The notes: a model not told the origin generated them from the letters alone. Counted from the first letter of the stretch, positions 24,465 through 35,082 are shown. The stretch is 50,362 bases of DNA from an uncultured Gammaproteobacteria bacterium (GCA_964532735.1 CAZHKK010000004.1:1-50362); one strand, 5' to 3'. Translations and numbers: made by a program.

Positions 24465-25118
24465 ATGGGTCTTATTGATTTAATGTTTTCTAATTTTTCT
24501 ATTTTTTTGATTTATTTGATATCAATAATATATGGTATAACTATTCATGAATTTTCTCATTGTTATATTGCTTATAAATTTGGTGATACTAGTCAAATAG
24601 ACAATAAAAGACTCAATCTTAACCCGTTAAGACATATTGATCCTGTTGGGCTACTTGCTCTTATTGGTTTTGGAATAGGTTGGGGTAAAACCGCAGTTAT
24701 AGATCCATATAGAATTAATCCAAAAAAATATAAAATTGCTATGTTTTCTATATCAATTGCAGGGATAGTTTCTAATTTATTATCAGCTTTTTTCTTTGCT
24801 TTTATATTAAAGTTGGGTTTGATGTTTAATTTTATTAATATACAAAATTTAGGTATAACCTTTTTTGTTATAATGATTCAGACTAATATTGTTTTGGCTG
24901 TTTTTAATTTAATTCCAATACATCCTTTGGATGGAGCTAAAATTTTAGATATATTAATTCCTGTAAAATTTAATAAAATAAAAATTTTATTAGCTAGATA
25001 TGGAAATATTTTTTTAATGACAATTTTAATTTTTTCTATTGTTTCTAATGTCTCTGTTTTTGGTAATCTTTATAATCCTGTTATATCTTTTGTATATAAA
25101 ATTTTTGGTTTGAATTAA
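24465..25118 (+). CDS. Site-2 protease family (M50) membrane metalloprotease
   Basis: HExxH lies in a TM segment (IHEFSHC), the second motif NLIPIHPLDGAKIL is present, and there are multiple TM helices. Confidence 0.75.
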   Translation: MGLIDLMFSNFSIFLIYLISIIYGITIHEFSHCYIAYKFGDTSQIDNKRLNLNPLRHIDPVGLLALIGFGIGWGKTAVIDPYRINPKKYKIAMFSISIAGIVSNLLSAFFFAFILKLGLMFNFINIQNLGITFFVIMIQTNIVLAVFNLIPIHPLDGAKILDILIPVKFNKIKILLARYGNIFLMTILIFSIVSNVSVFGNLYNPVISFVYKIFGLN

Positions 25119-25135
25119 AAATAATTTATTAGCTA

Positions 25136-25164
25136 TTGCAATTTTCTTTTTAGTTTGCTAAAAT
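25136..25164 (+). promoter_or_regulatory. Promoter of the str operon
   Basis: TTGCAA, 17-nt spacer, TAAAAT. Confidence 0.5.
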
Positions 25165-25230
25165 TATTTTTGGTGTACAAGTCCAAGTGTTTACAAATTG
25201 AATAAAATTTTGAGTTGCAATCGAAATTTT

Positions 25231-25290
25231 ATGAAATTTTCCAAAAAAATTTCATAAATGGTTTCAAAAATCATTTATGTTTTTTATTTT
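25231..25290 (+). promoter_or_regulatory. Attenuator-like leader: two overlapping 8-bp hairpins, the second followed by a U-tract
   Basis: Hairpin 1 is ATGAAATT/AATTTCAT (25231-25255). Hairpin 2 is CATAAATG/CATTTATG (25253-25279) followed by TTTTTTATTTT. The two share nucleotides 25253-25255, so they are mutually exclusive. Confidence 0.4.
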
Positions 25291-25309
25291 TAAAAAATAA
25301 CTTTTTTAA

Positions 25310-25738
25310 ATGGCTACTATAAATCAATTAATTAAAAATCCTCGTAGAAATAAAGTTGTAAAAACTAAAACTACAGGTCTTCAAACAAGATTTAACGTTC
25401 TTACAAATAGAGTTGTTGAATCAAAACAAAGCAGTCCTTTTAAAAGAGGAGTTTGTTTAAAGGTTTATACAACTACTCCAAAAAAACCAAACTCTGCTTT
25501 AAGAAAGGTTACTAAAATAAAATTATCTAATGGTCAAGAAGTAATTGCTTATATTCCTGGAGTTGGTCATAATTTACAAGAACATTCTGTTGTTATGATA
25601 AGAGGTGGAAGAGTAAAAGATTTACCTGGTGTTAGATATCATATTGTTAGAGGTAAATTTGATACAAGAGGTGTTGAGGGAAGAATGCAAGGAAGAAGTT
25701 TGTATGGCGCTAAAAAACCAAAAGCAGCCACAAAATAA
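25310..25738 (+). CDS. rpsL: Ribosomal protein uS12
   Basis: MATINQLI.., [21 protein letters not shown]. Confidence 0.97.
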   Translation: MATINQLIKNPRRNKVVKTKTTGLQTRFNVLTNRVVESKQSSPFKRGVCLKVYTTTPKKPNSALRKVTKIKLSNGQEVIAYIPGVGHNLQEHSVVMIRGGRVKDLPGVRYHIVRGKFDTRGVEGRMQGRSLYGAKKPKAATK

Positions 25739-25791
25739 ACACTAGGGATTTGTAAAAGATCTCAATTAATTACTAATTTAAAGTTAAAGAT

Positions 25792-26259
25792 ATGCGTGGA
25801 AAACAAGCACCAAAAAGAGATTTGAGACCTGATCATAAATTTGGTAATACTTCTGTAACAAGATTTATTAACTATGTTATGAAAGATGGTAAAAGAACAA
25901 TTGCTGAAAAGATTGTTTATGAATGTTTTGACATTATAAAAGAACAAACAAAAAAAGAAGGAATTGAAGTTTTTGAAGGAGCTATGAAAAATGTTTCTCC
26001 TCAAATTGAAGTAAGAAGTAAAAGAATAGGTGGAGGTAATTATCAAGTTCCTGTTGAAGTAAGAAGCTCTAGAAGGGAATCTCTTGCTTTTAGATGGATA
26101 CTTATAGCTACAAGAGCTAAAAAAGGAAAAGATATGTCTGAAAAACTAGCTTTTGAACTTATTGAAGCTTTTAATAATAGAGGTGATGCTATCAAAAAGA
26201 AAGAAGATGTTTATAAGATGGCTCAGGCTAATAGAGCTTTTGCTCATTTTGTAAGATAA
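25792..26259 (+). CDS. rpsG: Ribosomal protein uS7
   Basis: The uS7 pattern is present (..VTRFINYVMKDGKR..AEKIVY, VEVRSKRIGGGNYQVPVEV), and it follows rpsL. Confidence 0.97.
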   Translation: MRGKQAPKRDLRPDHKFGNTSVTRFINYVMKDGKRTIAEKIVYECFDIIKEQTKKEGIEVFEGAMKNVSPQIEVRSKRIGGGNYQVPVEVRSSRRESLAFRWILIATRAKKGKDMSEKLAFELIEAFNNRGDAIKKKEDVYKMAQANRAFAHFVR

Positions 26260-26289
26260 TAATTAATATAAATATAATAATTAAATTTT

Positions 26290-28359
26290 ATGCCTAGACA
26301 ACATCCTTTAGAGAAGATTAGAAATATGGGTATTATTGCTCATATAGATGCTGGTAAAACAACAACTTCAGAAAGAATATTGTTTTATACTGGTGTTAAT
26401 CATAAAGTTGGAGAAGTTCATGATGGTGCTGCTACTATGGATTGGATGGAACAAGAAAGAGAGAGAGGAATTACTGTTACATCTGCTGCTACAACATGTT
26501 TTTGGAAAGAATACCAATTAAACTTGATTGATACTCCAGGCCATGTTGATTTTACTGCTGAAGTAGAAAGATCTATGCGTGTTCTTGATGGAGGTGTGGT
26601 TGTATTTGATGGAAAAATGGGGGTTGAACCTCAATCTGAAACTGTATGGAGACAAGCTGATAAATATGGTGTTCCAAGAATATGTTTTGTTAATAAAATA
26701 GATAAAGAAGGTGCTAGTTTTGATTATGTACTTTCTACTATTTCTGAAAGACTTACTCCTAATGCAATTCCTGTTCAAATACCTATTGGAGAAAAATCAG
26801 AATTTGCTGGAGTTGTAGATCTTATGAAAATGAAAGCAGTTTATTTTAATGGAGTGATGGGTGAAATTATTTCTGAAGAAGAAATACCATCAGAATTGCT
26901 AGAAAAAGCTCAAAAAACTAGAGAAAAGATGGTTGAAAAAATTTCTGAAACTGATGATGTTTTGATGGAGAAATATCTTGCAGGAGAAGAGGCTTCAGTT
27001 GAAGAATTAAAAAAAGCTTTAAGAAAAGCTGTTATTGATTTGAAAATTGTTCCTGTGTATGTTGGAACATCTCTTAGAAATAAAGGAGTTCCGTTAGTTC
27101 TTGATGGGGTTATTGATTATTTGCCATCTCCACTTGATAGAGATAATATCAAGGGAACCAATACTGCAGGAGAAGCTGTTGTAAAAAAACCTTCTGACGA
27201 TTTAGCTTTGTGTGGTTTGATGTTTAAAATTGCAACAGATCCTTTTGTTGGTAAATTAGCATTTTTTAGAGTTTACTCAGGTGTTCTTAAATCAGGTTCT
27301 TATGTTGTTAATACAAGAACAGGAAATAAAGAAAGAATCGCTAGACTTGTTAGAATGCATTCTAATTCTAGACAAGAAATTCAAGAAGCTTATGCTGGAG
27401 AAATTGCTGCTATTATTGGTCTTAAAGATTCTAAAACAGGAGATACTCTTTGTGATGAATCAGATCCAATAACTCTTGAATCAATGAAGTTTGCGGAGCC
27501 AGTTATTAATTATGCTGTAGAACCAAAAACTAAAGATGATCAAGAAAAGATGGGTGTTGCTCTTCAAAAACTTGCCGAAGAAGATCCAACTTTTAAAGTT
27601 AAAACTGATACAGAAACTGGACAAGTTATTATTTCTGGTATGGGAGAACTTCATCTTGAAATTATGATTGATAGAATGAAAAGAGAATTTAATGTTGAGC
27701 TTAATGTTGGTAAACCACAAGTTGCTTATAGAGAAACTATAAGAAGAGAAGCTAAGGCTGAAGGTAAATATATCCATCAATCTGGTGGTAAGGGTCAATA
27801 TGGTCATTGTTGGTTAAAAGTTGAACCTTTAGATCCAGAATTGAAAAAAGATTTTGAATTTTCTGATGAAATTAAAGGTGGTGCTATTCCTAGAGAATAC
27901 ATTCCTGCTATTCAAAAAGGTGTTCAAGAATCTTTAAGTGCCGGAGTAGTTGCTGGTTATCCAGTAGTTAATGTGAAAGTTACTGTTTATGATGGTTCTT
28001 TCCATGAAGTTGATTCTTCTGAATCTGCTTTTAAAATAGCTGCTTCTCAAGCTTTTAGGGAAGCTTGTAAAAATGCTGGAGCTGTTCTTCTTGAGCCTAT
28101 AATGCAAGTAGAAGTTGATGTTCCGGAACAATATATGGGAGATGTTATGGGGGATATAAATTCTAGAAGAGGAAGAATACAAGAAATGGGTGACAGAGGA
28201 CAAATTAAATTTATTAGAGCTTTAGTTCCATTAGGAGAAATGTTTGGTTATTCAACTGTTTTAAGATCAACAACACAAGGAAGAGGTAATTATGTAATGG
28301 AATTCTCAAGATATGAAGAAGCTCCAAGAAATATAGTTGAAGAAATAGCAAAAAAATAG
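26290..28359 (+). CDS. fusA: Elongation factor G
   Basis: [28 protein letters not shown]; 689 aa. Confidence 0.97.
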   Translation: MPRQHPLEKIRNMGIIAHIDAGKTTTSERILFYTGVNHKVGEVHDGAATMDWMEQERERGITVTSAATTCFWKEYQLNLIDTPGHVDFTAEVERSMRVLDGGVVVFDGKMGVEPQSETVWRQADKYGVPRICFVNKIDKEGASFDYVLSTISERLTPNAIPVQIPIGEKSEFAGVVDLMKMKAVYFNGVMGEIISEEEIPSELLEKAQKTREKMVEKISETDDVLMEKYLAGEEASVEELKKALRKAVIDLKIVPVYVGTSLRNKGVPLVLDGVIDYLPSPLDRDNIKGTNTAGEAVVKKPSDDLALCGLMFKIATDPFVGKLAFFRVYSGVLKSGSYVVNTRTGNKERIARLVRMHSNSRQEIQEAYAGEIAAIIGLKDSKTGDTLCDESDPITLESMKFAEPVINYAVEPKTKDDQEKMGVALQKLAEEDPTFKVKTDTETGQVIISGMGELHLEIMIDRMKREFNVELNVGKPQVAYRETIRREAKAEGKYIHQSGGKGQYGHCWLKVEPLDPELKKDFEFSDEIKGGAIPREYIPAIQKGVQESLSAGVVAGYPVVNVKVTVYDGSFHEVDSSESAFKIAASQAFREACKNAGAVLLEPIMQVEVDVPEQYMGDVMGDINSRRGRIQEMGDRGQIKFIRALVPLGEMFGYSTVLRSTTQGRGNYVMEFSRYEEAPRNIVEEIAKK

Positions 28360-28402
28360 GAAGCTAAGAACATCTTAAAAGTCAGTATAGTTCTATTATC
28401 TA

Positions 28403-28431
28403 TTGACAAAACTTTATATAAACGATATGAT
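28403..28431 (+). promoter_or_regulatory. Internal promoter in the fusA-tuf spacer
   Basis: TTGACA, 17-nt spacer, TATGAT. A leader hairpin follows at 28485-28515, just before the AAAGGGA Shine-Dalgarno. Confidence 0.5.
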
Positions 28432-28530
28432 ATAGACTATATCTTTTAATAAATAATTTAAATAATTAATTAATAATTTAATTTGCGAACAATAAGCTTT
28501 TTAGCTAATGTTCGCTAAAGGGAAAAATAT

Positions 28531-29733
28531 ATGGCAGAAGTTTTTTCAAGACAAAAACCACATATTAATGTGGGAACAATAGGTCACGTTGACCACGGTA
28601 AAACAACTCTTACAGCTGCTTTAACTCATGTTATGGCTGCTATAGGTATGGTTTCTAGAGTTCAAAATTATGATGAAATTGATAATGCTCCAGAAGAAAA
28701 ATCAAGAGGTATTACAATTTCTACTCATCATTCTGAATATGAATCTCAAGCAAGACATTATGCTCATGTTGACTGTCCAGGTCATGCTGACTATGTTAAA
28801 AACATGATTACTGGTGCTGCTCAAATGGATGGTGCTATATTGGTTTGTTCTGCTGCTGATGGTGTTATGCCTCAAACAAGAGAACATATTCTTTTAGCTA
28901 GACAAGTTGGAGTTCCATATATTGTTGTTTATTTAAACAAATGTGATATGGTTGAAGATCCTGAACTTATTGATTTAGTTGAAGAAGAAGTTAGAGATTT
29001 ATTAAATAAATATGAATTTCCTGGAGATACTACTCCTGTAATTAGAGGCTCAGCTTTAAAAGCTTTAGAAGCCGAAGAAGCTAAAAACTTTGATGATCCA
29101 TATTTTAAATCAGTTGTTGATTTAGTTTCTGCTTTGGATACTTATATTCCAGAACCTCAAAGAGAATTGGATAAACCATTCTTAATGCCTATTGAAGATA
29201 TTTTTTCAATATCAGGAAGAGGAACTGTAGTAACAGGTAAAATAGAAAGAGGTATTATTAAAATAAATGATGCTGCTGAAATAGTTGGTATTCATGAAAC
29301 ACAACAAACAGTTATAACTGGAATTGAGATGTTTAATAAACAACTTGAACAAGGTCAAGCTGGAGATAACGCTGGAGTTTTACTTAGAGGAACAAAGAAA
29401 GAAGATATATTAAGAGGTATGGTTCTTGCTAAACCAGGAACAGTAACTCCTCATACAGAATTTGAATGTAGTGTTTATATTTTAAATAAAGAAGAAGGTG
29501 GTAGACATACCCCATTCTTTAAAGGATATAGACCACAATTCTATATTAGAACAACAGATGTTACTGGTGAAGTAATTTTACCAGAAGGTGTAGAAATGGT
29601 GAAACCAGGAGATAATATTAATTTTTCTGTTAAACTTGGTCAACCAGTAGCTCTTGAAGATCAACAAAGATTTGCTATTAGAGAAGGTGGAAGAACTGTT
29701 GGATCTGGAGTTATTTCTAAAATTATTAAATAA
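28531..29733 (+). CDS. tuf: Elongation factor Tu
   Basis: [24 protein letters not shown]; 400 aa. Confidence 0.98.
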   Translation: MAEVFSRQKPHINVGTIGHVDHGKTTLTAALTHVMAAIGMVSRVQNYDEIDNAPEEKSRGITISTHHSEYESQARHYAHVDCPGHADYVKNMITGAAQMDGAILVCSAADGVMPQTREHILLARQVGVPYIVVYLNKCDMVEDPELIDLVEEEVRDLLNKYEFPGDTTPVIRGSALKALEAEEAKNFDDPYFKSVVDLVSALDTYIPEPQRELDKPFLMPIEDIFSISGRGTVVTGKIERGIIKINDAAEIVGIHETQQTVITGIEMFNKQLEQGQAGDNAGVLLRGTKKEDILRGMVLAKPGTVTPHTEFECSVYILNKEEGGRHTPFFKGYRPQFYIRTTDVTGEVILPEGVEMVKPGDNINFSVKLGQPVALEDQQRFAIREGGRTVGSGVISKIIK

Positions 29734-29740
29734 TATTTGT

Positions 29741-29768
29741 TATAGGCAGCACGTCTGTGCTGCCTATA
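29741..29768 (+). other. Perfect 12-bp GC-containing hairpin between tuf and rpsJ (no U-tract)
   Basis: TATAGGCAGCAC-GTCT-GTGCTGCCTATA, with an outer TTTGTT/AACAAA extension. Confidence 0.6.
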
Positions 29769-29796
29769 TACAACAAATAAGCTAATTTATACAAAA

Positions 29797-30117
29797 ATGA
29801 TTAAAGAGGAAAGAAAAAATAGAATAAGAATAAAAGTTAAGGCTTATGATGGTAAGGTAATTGATCAAGCTTCAAAAATTATTATTAGCGCAGTTAAAAG
29901 ATCTGGTGCTGATATAGCTGGTCCTGTTCCGTTACCAACAGATAGAAGAGTTTATACTGTTTTAAAATCTACTTTCATTAATAAAGACGCAAGAGAACAA
30001 TTTGAAATGAAAATCCACAAGAGATTGATTGATGTTTTTAATCCAACATCAAAAACTATGGACATGATGAATTCATTGAATCTTCCGGCAGGTGTGGATA
30101 TAGAGATAAAGTTATAA
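29797..30117 (+). CDS. rpsJ: Ribosomal protein uS10
   Basis: IRIKVKAYD..LD, GPVPLPT, KS.F..K.AREQFE. Confidence 0.95.
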   Translation: MIKEERKNRIRIKVKAYDGKVIDQASKIIISAVKRSGADIAGPVPLPTDRRVYTVLKSTFINKDAREQFEMKIHKRLIDVFNPTSKTMDMMNSLNLPAGVDIEIKL

Positions 30118-30149
30118 TGATTGTGATCTGCTTTATCTGTATAAAATAG

Positions 30150-30190
30150 TCAAAGATTTTTGCAAAAAGGGGATCTTTGATTATTTTTTA
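30150..30190 (+). terminator. Terminator-like hairpin between rpsJ and rplC
   Basis: Stem TCAAAGAT/ATCTTTGA (8 bp) with a 15-nt loop, followed by TTATTTTTTAT. Confidence 0.45.
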
Positions 30191-30229
30191 TGAAAATAAG
30201 TTTATATAAAATATTAAAATTGCACGAAT

Positions 30230-30838
30230 ATGAAATTTATTATAGGAAAAAAAATTGAAATGACACAAGTTTTTGATGAGAAAAATAATATAGTTCCTGT
30301 TACTAAAATATTAGTAGAAAAGAATGTTATTACTCAAATAAAAACAGAAGAAAAAGAACATGCTAATGCTGTTCAAATATCTTCAGGTGCAAAGAAAAAT
30401 TTAAATAAACCGCTATTAGGTCACTACAAAAATCTTGGAAATTTCGCTGTAACTAGAGATTTTTCTGTTGATAATGTTGCTGATTATAAAGTTGGTGATG
30501 AAGTTAAAATAGATTCTTTTGAAATAGGTGAAATGGTTTCTGTTATAGGAACTTCAAAAGGAAAAGGGTTTGCTGGTGTTGTAAAAAGACATAATTTTGC
30601 TGGACATCATGCTACTAGAGGAACAAAAGATCAAGAAAGAACATCTGGTTCTATTGGTGCTGGTGGTTTCCAAAGAGTTATAAAAGGAAAAAGAATGGCT
30701 GGTAGAATGGGAAATGATAGAGTTACTGTTAAAAATTTAAAAGTTGTAAAGATTGATAAAGAAAATAATACATTATTTATTAAAGGTGCTGTTCCTGGAG
30801 CAAGAAACTCTATGGTTATGATAAGAACTGAAAAATAA
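30230..30838 (+). CDS. rplC: Ribosomal protein uL3
   Basis: GKKIEMTQVF, KGKGFAGVVKRHNF, and operon position. Confidence 0.95.
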   Translation: MKFIIGKKIEMTQVFDEKNNIVPVTKILVEKNVITQIKTEEKEHANAVQISSGAKKNLNKPLLGHYKNLGNFAVTRDFSVDNVADYKVGDEVKIDSFEIGEMVSVIGTSKGKGFAGVVKRHNFAGHHATRGTKDQERTSGSIGAGGFQRVIKGKRMAGRMGNDRVTVKNLKVVKIDKENNTLFIKGAVPGARNSMVMIRTEK

Positions 30839-30864
30839 ATATAAATAAATAAGTGATAAGAAAT

Positions 30865-31506
30865 ATGAAAAAAATAGCTGTTTTTGATAAAAACTTCAAA
30901 GAAGTAAAAAACATTGAATTGAATGATAATGTTTTTGATATACAACCAAAAGAAACTTTAATTCACCAAGTTGTTGTTTCTATGCTTTCTAATATAAGAA
31001 GATCTACTGCTCATACAAAGACCAAAGCTGAAGTAAGAGGTGGTGGTAAAAAACCATGGAAGCAAAAAGGAACAGGAAGAGCTAGAGCGGGTTCTAGAAG
31101 AAGTCCATTATGGACTGGTGGAGGTATTACTTTTGGTCCAAGAAATCTTATTAATTGGCAAAAGAAAATAAACCAAAAAATGAGACAAAAAGCATTTTGT
31201 ATGCTTTTGACAAATAAAATTGATAACAATTTATTAGTAGTTTTAGATAGTATGGATTTTGATAAAAAAACTAAAGCTGTTAATGAGTTTATTAATAAAG
31301 CTAGTTTATTGGGTAAAAAAGTTTTGTTCTGTTTGGATGTAAAGAATGAAGACATTGAAAGATCAATAAGAAATATAGAAAACGTAAAAGTTACTTCAAA
31401 TGTTAATGTTTTAGACTTATTAAAATATAATAATATAATTTTAACAGAAGCTCTTTTAAATAGAATAAATGAAAAATATAGCCAATTAAATTTTAAGAAT
31501 AAATAA
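30865..31506 (+). CDS. rplD: Ribosomal protein uL4
   Basis: RGGGKKPWKQKGTGRARAGSRRSPLW. The start could be ATG 30865 or GTG 30853. Confidence 0.93.
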   Translation: MKKIAVFDKNFKEVKNIELNDNVFDIQPKETLIHQVVVSMLSNIRRSTAHTKTKAEVRGGGKKPWKQKGTGRARAGSRRSPLWTGGGITFGPRNLINWQKKINQKMRQKAFCMLLTNKIDNNLLVVLDSMDFDKKTKAVNEFINKASLLGKKVLFCLDVKNEDIERSIRNIENVKVTSNVNVLDLLKYNNIILTEALLNRINEKYSQLNFKNK

Positions 31507-31537
31507 ATTTTATTAAGATTTGAATAACTAAATAAAT

Positions 31538-31897
31538 ATGCCTAAAAAAAATACTGAAATACAAGCTACACAAAACACAGAAGTAGCTCAAAATACAAAT
31601 AAGGCTTCTTTTATAACTAACGTTATCAAATTATTAAAAAAACCAGTTGTCACAGAAAAAAGTGCAATGTTAGGTCAAAATAATAATGAATACGTTTTTA
31701 AAGTTGATTTAAGCGCTAATAAAGCTAATATTAAGAAGATAATATCTGATTTATATAAAGTTGATGTAGAAAGCGTAAATACTATTGTTAGAAAAGGAAA
31801 AGAAGTTAGATTTGGAAAAGTGTCTGGTAAAAGATCAGATGAAAAAATTGCTATAGTTAAGATCAAAAAAGGTCAAACTATTAATATTTTTAAATAA
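31538..31897 (+). CDS. rplW: Ribosomal protein uL23 (with an N-terminal extension)
   Basis: KKPVVTEKS, FKVDLSANKANIKK, and operon position. Confidence 0.9.
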   Translation: MPKKNTEIQATQNTEVAQNTNKASFITNVIKLLKKPVVTEKSAMLGQNNNEYVFKVDLSANKANIKKIISDLYKVDVESVNTIVRKGKEVRFGKVSGKRSDEKIAIVKIKKGQTINIFK

Positions 31898-31944
31898 TTA
31901 ATGAAATATATACGAATTGATGTATATATGTTAAGGAAAATAAT

Positions 31945-32781
31945 ATGCCTATAAAAGTTTTTAATCCTATAACACCAGGTCTTAGAAAGAGAAGTACATT
32001 AATAAGACAAAGTGGTAATATAAACAATCCAAAAAAGAATTTAATTGAACCTTTAAAAAAACATTCTGGAACAAATCATTCTGGGAAGATAACTGTTAGA
32101 CATCAGGGTTCTGGAGTTAAGCAATATTATAGAAAGGTTGATTTTTTTCAAACTGAATTTCTTGATAAAGAAGCAAAAGTTTTAAAGTTTGAATATGACC
32201 CAAATAGAAATTGTGAAATTATGCTTGTTCTTTTTGAAAATGGAGTTTATAAATATTATCTTGCAAATGAAGGTATAAAAATTGGAGATAAATTAATTAC
32301 TTCAAATTCAAAAATATTTGCTAAAGAAGGTAATAGAATGCCACTTGAATTTATTCCTTCTGGAACTTTTGTATCAAATATTGAGTTATATCCACAAAGT
32401 GGGGGGAAAATAAGTAGATCAGCTGGAAATTATGCTGTTCTTATGGGTTTTGATGGAGAGTTTGCTCAACTTAAAATGCCTTCTTCTGAAATTAGATTAG
32501 TAAATAAGAAATGTCTTGCTACTATTGGTTCTATTGCTAATTCTGAATTTAAGAATATTAGATGGGGGAAAGCTGGAAGAATGAGATATAGAGGAATAAG
32601 ACCTACTGTAAGAGGTAAAGCCATGAATGCTAAAAATCATCCACATGGAGGTGGTAGAGGTGTTGTAGGTATTGGTCTTAAAGCTCCAAAAAATGTTTAT
32701 GGTAAAAAAGCTTTGGGGGTTAGAACAAGAAATCCTAAAAAGTTTACAAGTAAACTTATTTTAACTAGAAGAACTAAATAA
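31945..32781 (+). CDS. rplB: Ribosomal protein uL2
   Basis: GRMRYRGIRPTVRGKAMNAKNHPHGGG. Confidence 0.97.
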   Translation: MPIKVFNPITPGLRKRSTLIRQSGNINNPKKNLIEPLKKHSGTNHSGKITVRHQGSGVKQYYRKVDFFQTEFLDKEAKVLKFEYDPNRNCEIMLVLFENGVYKYYLANEGIKIGDKLITSNSKIFAKEGNRMPLEFIPSGTFVSNIELYPQSGGKISRSAGNYAVLMGFDGEFAQLKMPSSEIRLVNKKCLATIGSIANSEFKNIRWGKAGRMRYRGIRPTVRGKAMNAKNHPHGGGRGVVGIGLKAPKNVYGKKALGVRTRNPKKFTSKLILTRRTK

Positions 32782-32847
32782 AATTAACTCATTGTGCAGA
32801 GTTAAAAAAGAGTTGTTTTAAGAAAGAATAGTAATAAATTAAAAACT

Positions 32848-33135
32848 ATGAGTAGATCTTTAAAGAAAGGACCTTACATTGATCAAAGAGTCCTTAAAAA
32901 AATAGAAGGAAAAAATCCTGGAGATAAAACGCCTATAAAGACTTGGTCTAGAGCGTGTACAATAACTCCTGAAATGATCGGATTTGTTTTTGCTGTTCAT
33001 AACGGTAAAACTCATGTTAGTGTATTAATACAAGAAAACATGATTGGTCATAAATTAGGAGAATTTGCTCCTACTAAAAAATTCCTTGGGCACGGTGGTA
33101 AAATGGCTAAAGCTCAAGCATCGGCTAAAAAATAA
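32848..33135 (+). CDS. rpsS: Ribosomal protein uS19
   Basis: [27 protein letters not shown]. Confidence 0.97.
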   Translation: MSRSLKKGPYIDQRVLKKIEGKNPGDKTPIKTWSRACTITPEMIGFVFAVHNGKTHVSVLIQENMIGHKLGEFAPTKKFLGHGGKMAKAQASAKK

Positions 33136-33155
33136 GCAAATAAGATAAATAAAGT

Positions 33156-33587
33156 ATGAAAGTAAATGCTATTTTAAGAAAATATCAATCATCACCTAAG
33201 AAGACAAGATTAGTTGCTGATAAAATAAGAGGTATGAAAGCTGAACAAGCTTTGAATACTCTTATGTTTGTTAACAAAAAATCTGCATTACCTTTATTAA
33301 AATTACTTAAATCAGCTATTGCTAATGCTGAAAATAATTTTAAACTAAAGAAAGAAGATTTGGTTTTGTCTGAAATTAGAGTTGATAGTGATGGAATGTT
33401 AAAAAGAATTATGCCAAGAGCTAGAGGTATGGCATTCCCAATATTAAAAAGAATTAGTAGAGTAGAAATTGTTTTAACTGATGGAAATGATGTTAAAATA
33501 GAAAAGGTTGAAAATTCTACAAAAAAAACTACTTCTGAAAAAACAGTAGAAGATAAAAAAACTAATAAAGTAACTAATAATAAATAA
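33156..33587 (+). CDS. rplV: Ribosomal protein uL22 (Lys-rich C-terminal tail)
   Basis: SPKKTRLVADKIRG, MPRARGMA, and operon position. Confidence 0.93.
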   Translation: MKVNAILRKYQSSPKKTRLVADKIRGMKAEQALNTLMFVNKKSALPLLKLLKSAIANAENNFKLKKEDLVLSEIRVDSDGMLKRIMPRARGMAFPILKRISRVEIVLTDGNDVKIEKVENSTKKTTSEKTVEDKKTNKVTNNK

Positions 33588-33589
33588 AT

Positions 33590-34378
33590 ATGGGACATAA
33601 AACAACACCTAATTTATTTAGATTAGGAATCATAAAAAATTGGAATTCAAAATGGTTTGCAGATAAAGATAAATACGCTTCTTTTATTGCTCAGGACGTA
33701 TCAGTTAGAGAACTTGTGACAAAAAAACTTAATAAACATTTTATTGATAAAGTTGAAATAGAAAGAGATGGAAAAAAGGTTTCTGTTATTATAAGTACAG
33801 CTAAGCCTGGTATAGTTATTGGTAAAAATGGTATGGGGGTAGATGAAATAAAAACAGGTATTGCTAAAATTTTTAATGACAAAAAGTTAAATATTGAAGT
33901 TGTTATTAAAGAAGTAAAAGGACAAGATTTATCAGCTGCTATACTTGCTGAACAAGCTAGATTGGAAGTTGAAAGAAGAATTCCTTTCAAAAGAGCAATG
34001 AAAAAACTTATTGATAAAGCCAAACAGGCTGGAGCAAAGGGAGTTAAAGTTTCTATGGCTGGAAGATTAAATGGGGTTGAAATTGCTAGACGTGAAACAT
34101 TATCATGGGGAAGTATTCCTCTTCATACAATGAGAGCTGATATTGATTATGTTAACGATAGAGCTGAAACTATATATGGAAGTATTGGTATTAAAGTATG
34201 GGTTTATAAAGGACTTGTTTTTAATAATAAATCTAGTGAAAAAGTAGAAGAAAATAAATCTGAAAAAGTAGAAAAAAAAACTTTTATTCCAAGAAACAAA
34301 ACTTCATTTAATAAAAAACCTGCTACAGCTTCAGTAAAAAAAGTTGTTGCTCCTAAAAAAAAGGTAGAAGAAAAATAA
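33590..34378 (+). CDS. rpsC: Ribosomal protein uS3 (Lys-rich C-terminal tail)
   Basis: MGHKTTPNLFRLG, KH domain GIVIGKNG, GRLNGVEIAR. Confidence 0.97.
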   Translation: MGHKTTPNLFRLGIIKNWNSKWFADKDKYASFIAQDVSVRELVTKKLNKHFIDKVEIERDGKKVSVIISTAKPGIVIGKNGMGVDEIKTGIAKIFNDKKLNIEVVIKEVKGQDLSAAILAEQARLEVERRIPFKRAMKKLIDKAKQAGAKGVKVSMAGRLNGVEIARRETLSWGSIPLHTMRADIDYVNDRAETIYGSIGIKVWVYKGLVFNNKSSEKVEENKSEKVEKKTFIPRNKTSFNKKPATASVKKVVAPKKKVEEK

Positions 34379-34431
34379 TAGGAAAAACCATTGCTTAGGC
34401 ATGGAAAACTAAAAAATGTAATTAATAGAGT

Positions 34432-34863
34432 ATGTCATTACTTTCACCAAGAAAAATTAAACACAGAAAGCAACAAAAGGGTAGAAGAAAAGGACTTGGT
34501 ATAGCTACATCAAAAATAGGTGTTAGTTATGGAGGTTTTGGGTTAAGATCTATGAGTAATTGTTGGATAACAGCAAGACAAATAGAATCTGCCAGAGTTG
34601 CTATTTCTAAAGTTATTACAAAAACAAAAGGATCTAGAATTTTTATTAGAGTTTTTCCAGATAAACCTGTTACTAATCATGGTAATGAATCGGTTATGGG
34701 TTCTGGAAAAGGTGCGCTAGATTATTATGTTGCAGTTATTAAACCAGGTATGATGCTTTTTGAAGTTGATGGAGTTCCTGAAGATGTTGCAAAAAGAGCT
34801 TTTTTAAGAGCAAAATACAAATTACCGGTCGAAACTAAATTTGCCAAAAAAGAAATAATGTGA
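34432..34863 (+). CDS. rplP: Ribosomal protein uL16
   Basis: LSPRKIKHRKQQKGR, ITARQIESARVA, MGSGKG. Confidence 0.96.
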   Translation: MSLLSPRKIKHRKQQKGRRKGLGIATSKIGVSYGGFGLRSMSNCWITARQIESARVAISKVITKTKGSRIFIRVFPDKPVTNHGNESVMGSGKGALDYYVAVIKPGMMLFEVDGVPEDVAKRAFLRAKYKLPVETKFAKKEIM

Positions 34864-34869
34864 TAAAAT

Positions 34870-35082
34870 ATGAAATCAAAAGAATTTAAAAAAACAATAA
34901 AAGATGCTTCAGTAGAGGATTTAAAGAATAATTTATCTGAATTAAATAAAAATTTAGTTGAGACAAAATTTGCAGTTTCTTTAAATCAAATAAAAAATAA
35001 TTCTGAAATATCAAAAATAAGAAAACAAATTGCTGTTTTAAAAACAGAATTAAATAATAGAAAATTACTAAAAAGTAATTAA
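34870..35082 (+). CDS. rpmC: Ribosomal protein uL29
   Basis: Size, coiled pattern (L..EL..L..) and position between rplP and rpsQ. Confidence 0.85.
   Translation: MKSKEFKKTIKDASVEDLKNNLSELNKNLVETKFAVSLNQIKNNSEISKIRKQIAVLKTELNNRKLLKSN

Noticed and set aside
30631-34023. Several 104-137-aa minus-strand ORFs (30631-30945, 31011-31355, 33185-33598, 33691-34023)
   Set aside because: They are all antisense to unmistakable ribosomal protein genes, so they are shadow frames of Lys/Glu-rich coding sequence.
34861-34866. Possible TGA recoding (code 25, as in some CPR lineages)
   Set aside because: TGA ends rplP (immediately followed by TAA) and the response-regulator gene at lengths matching homologues. 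No conserved gene needs read-through, so the standard code 11 fits.
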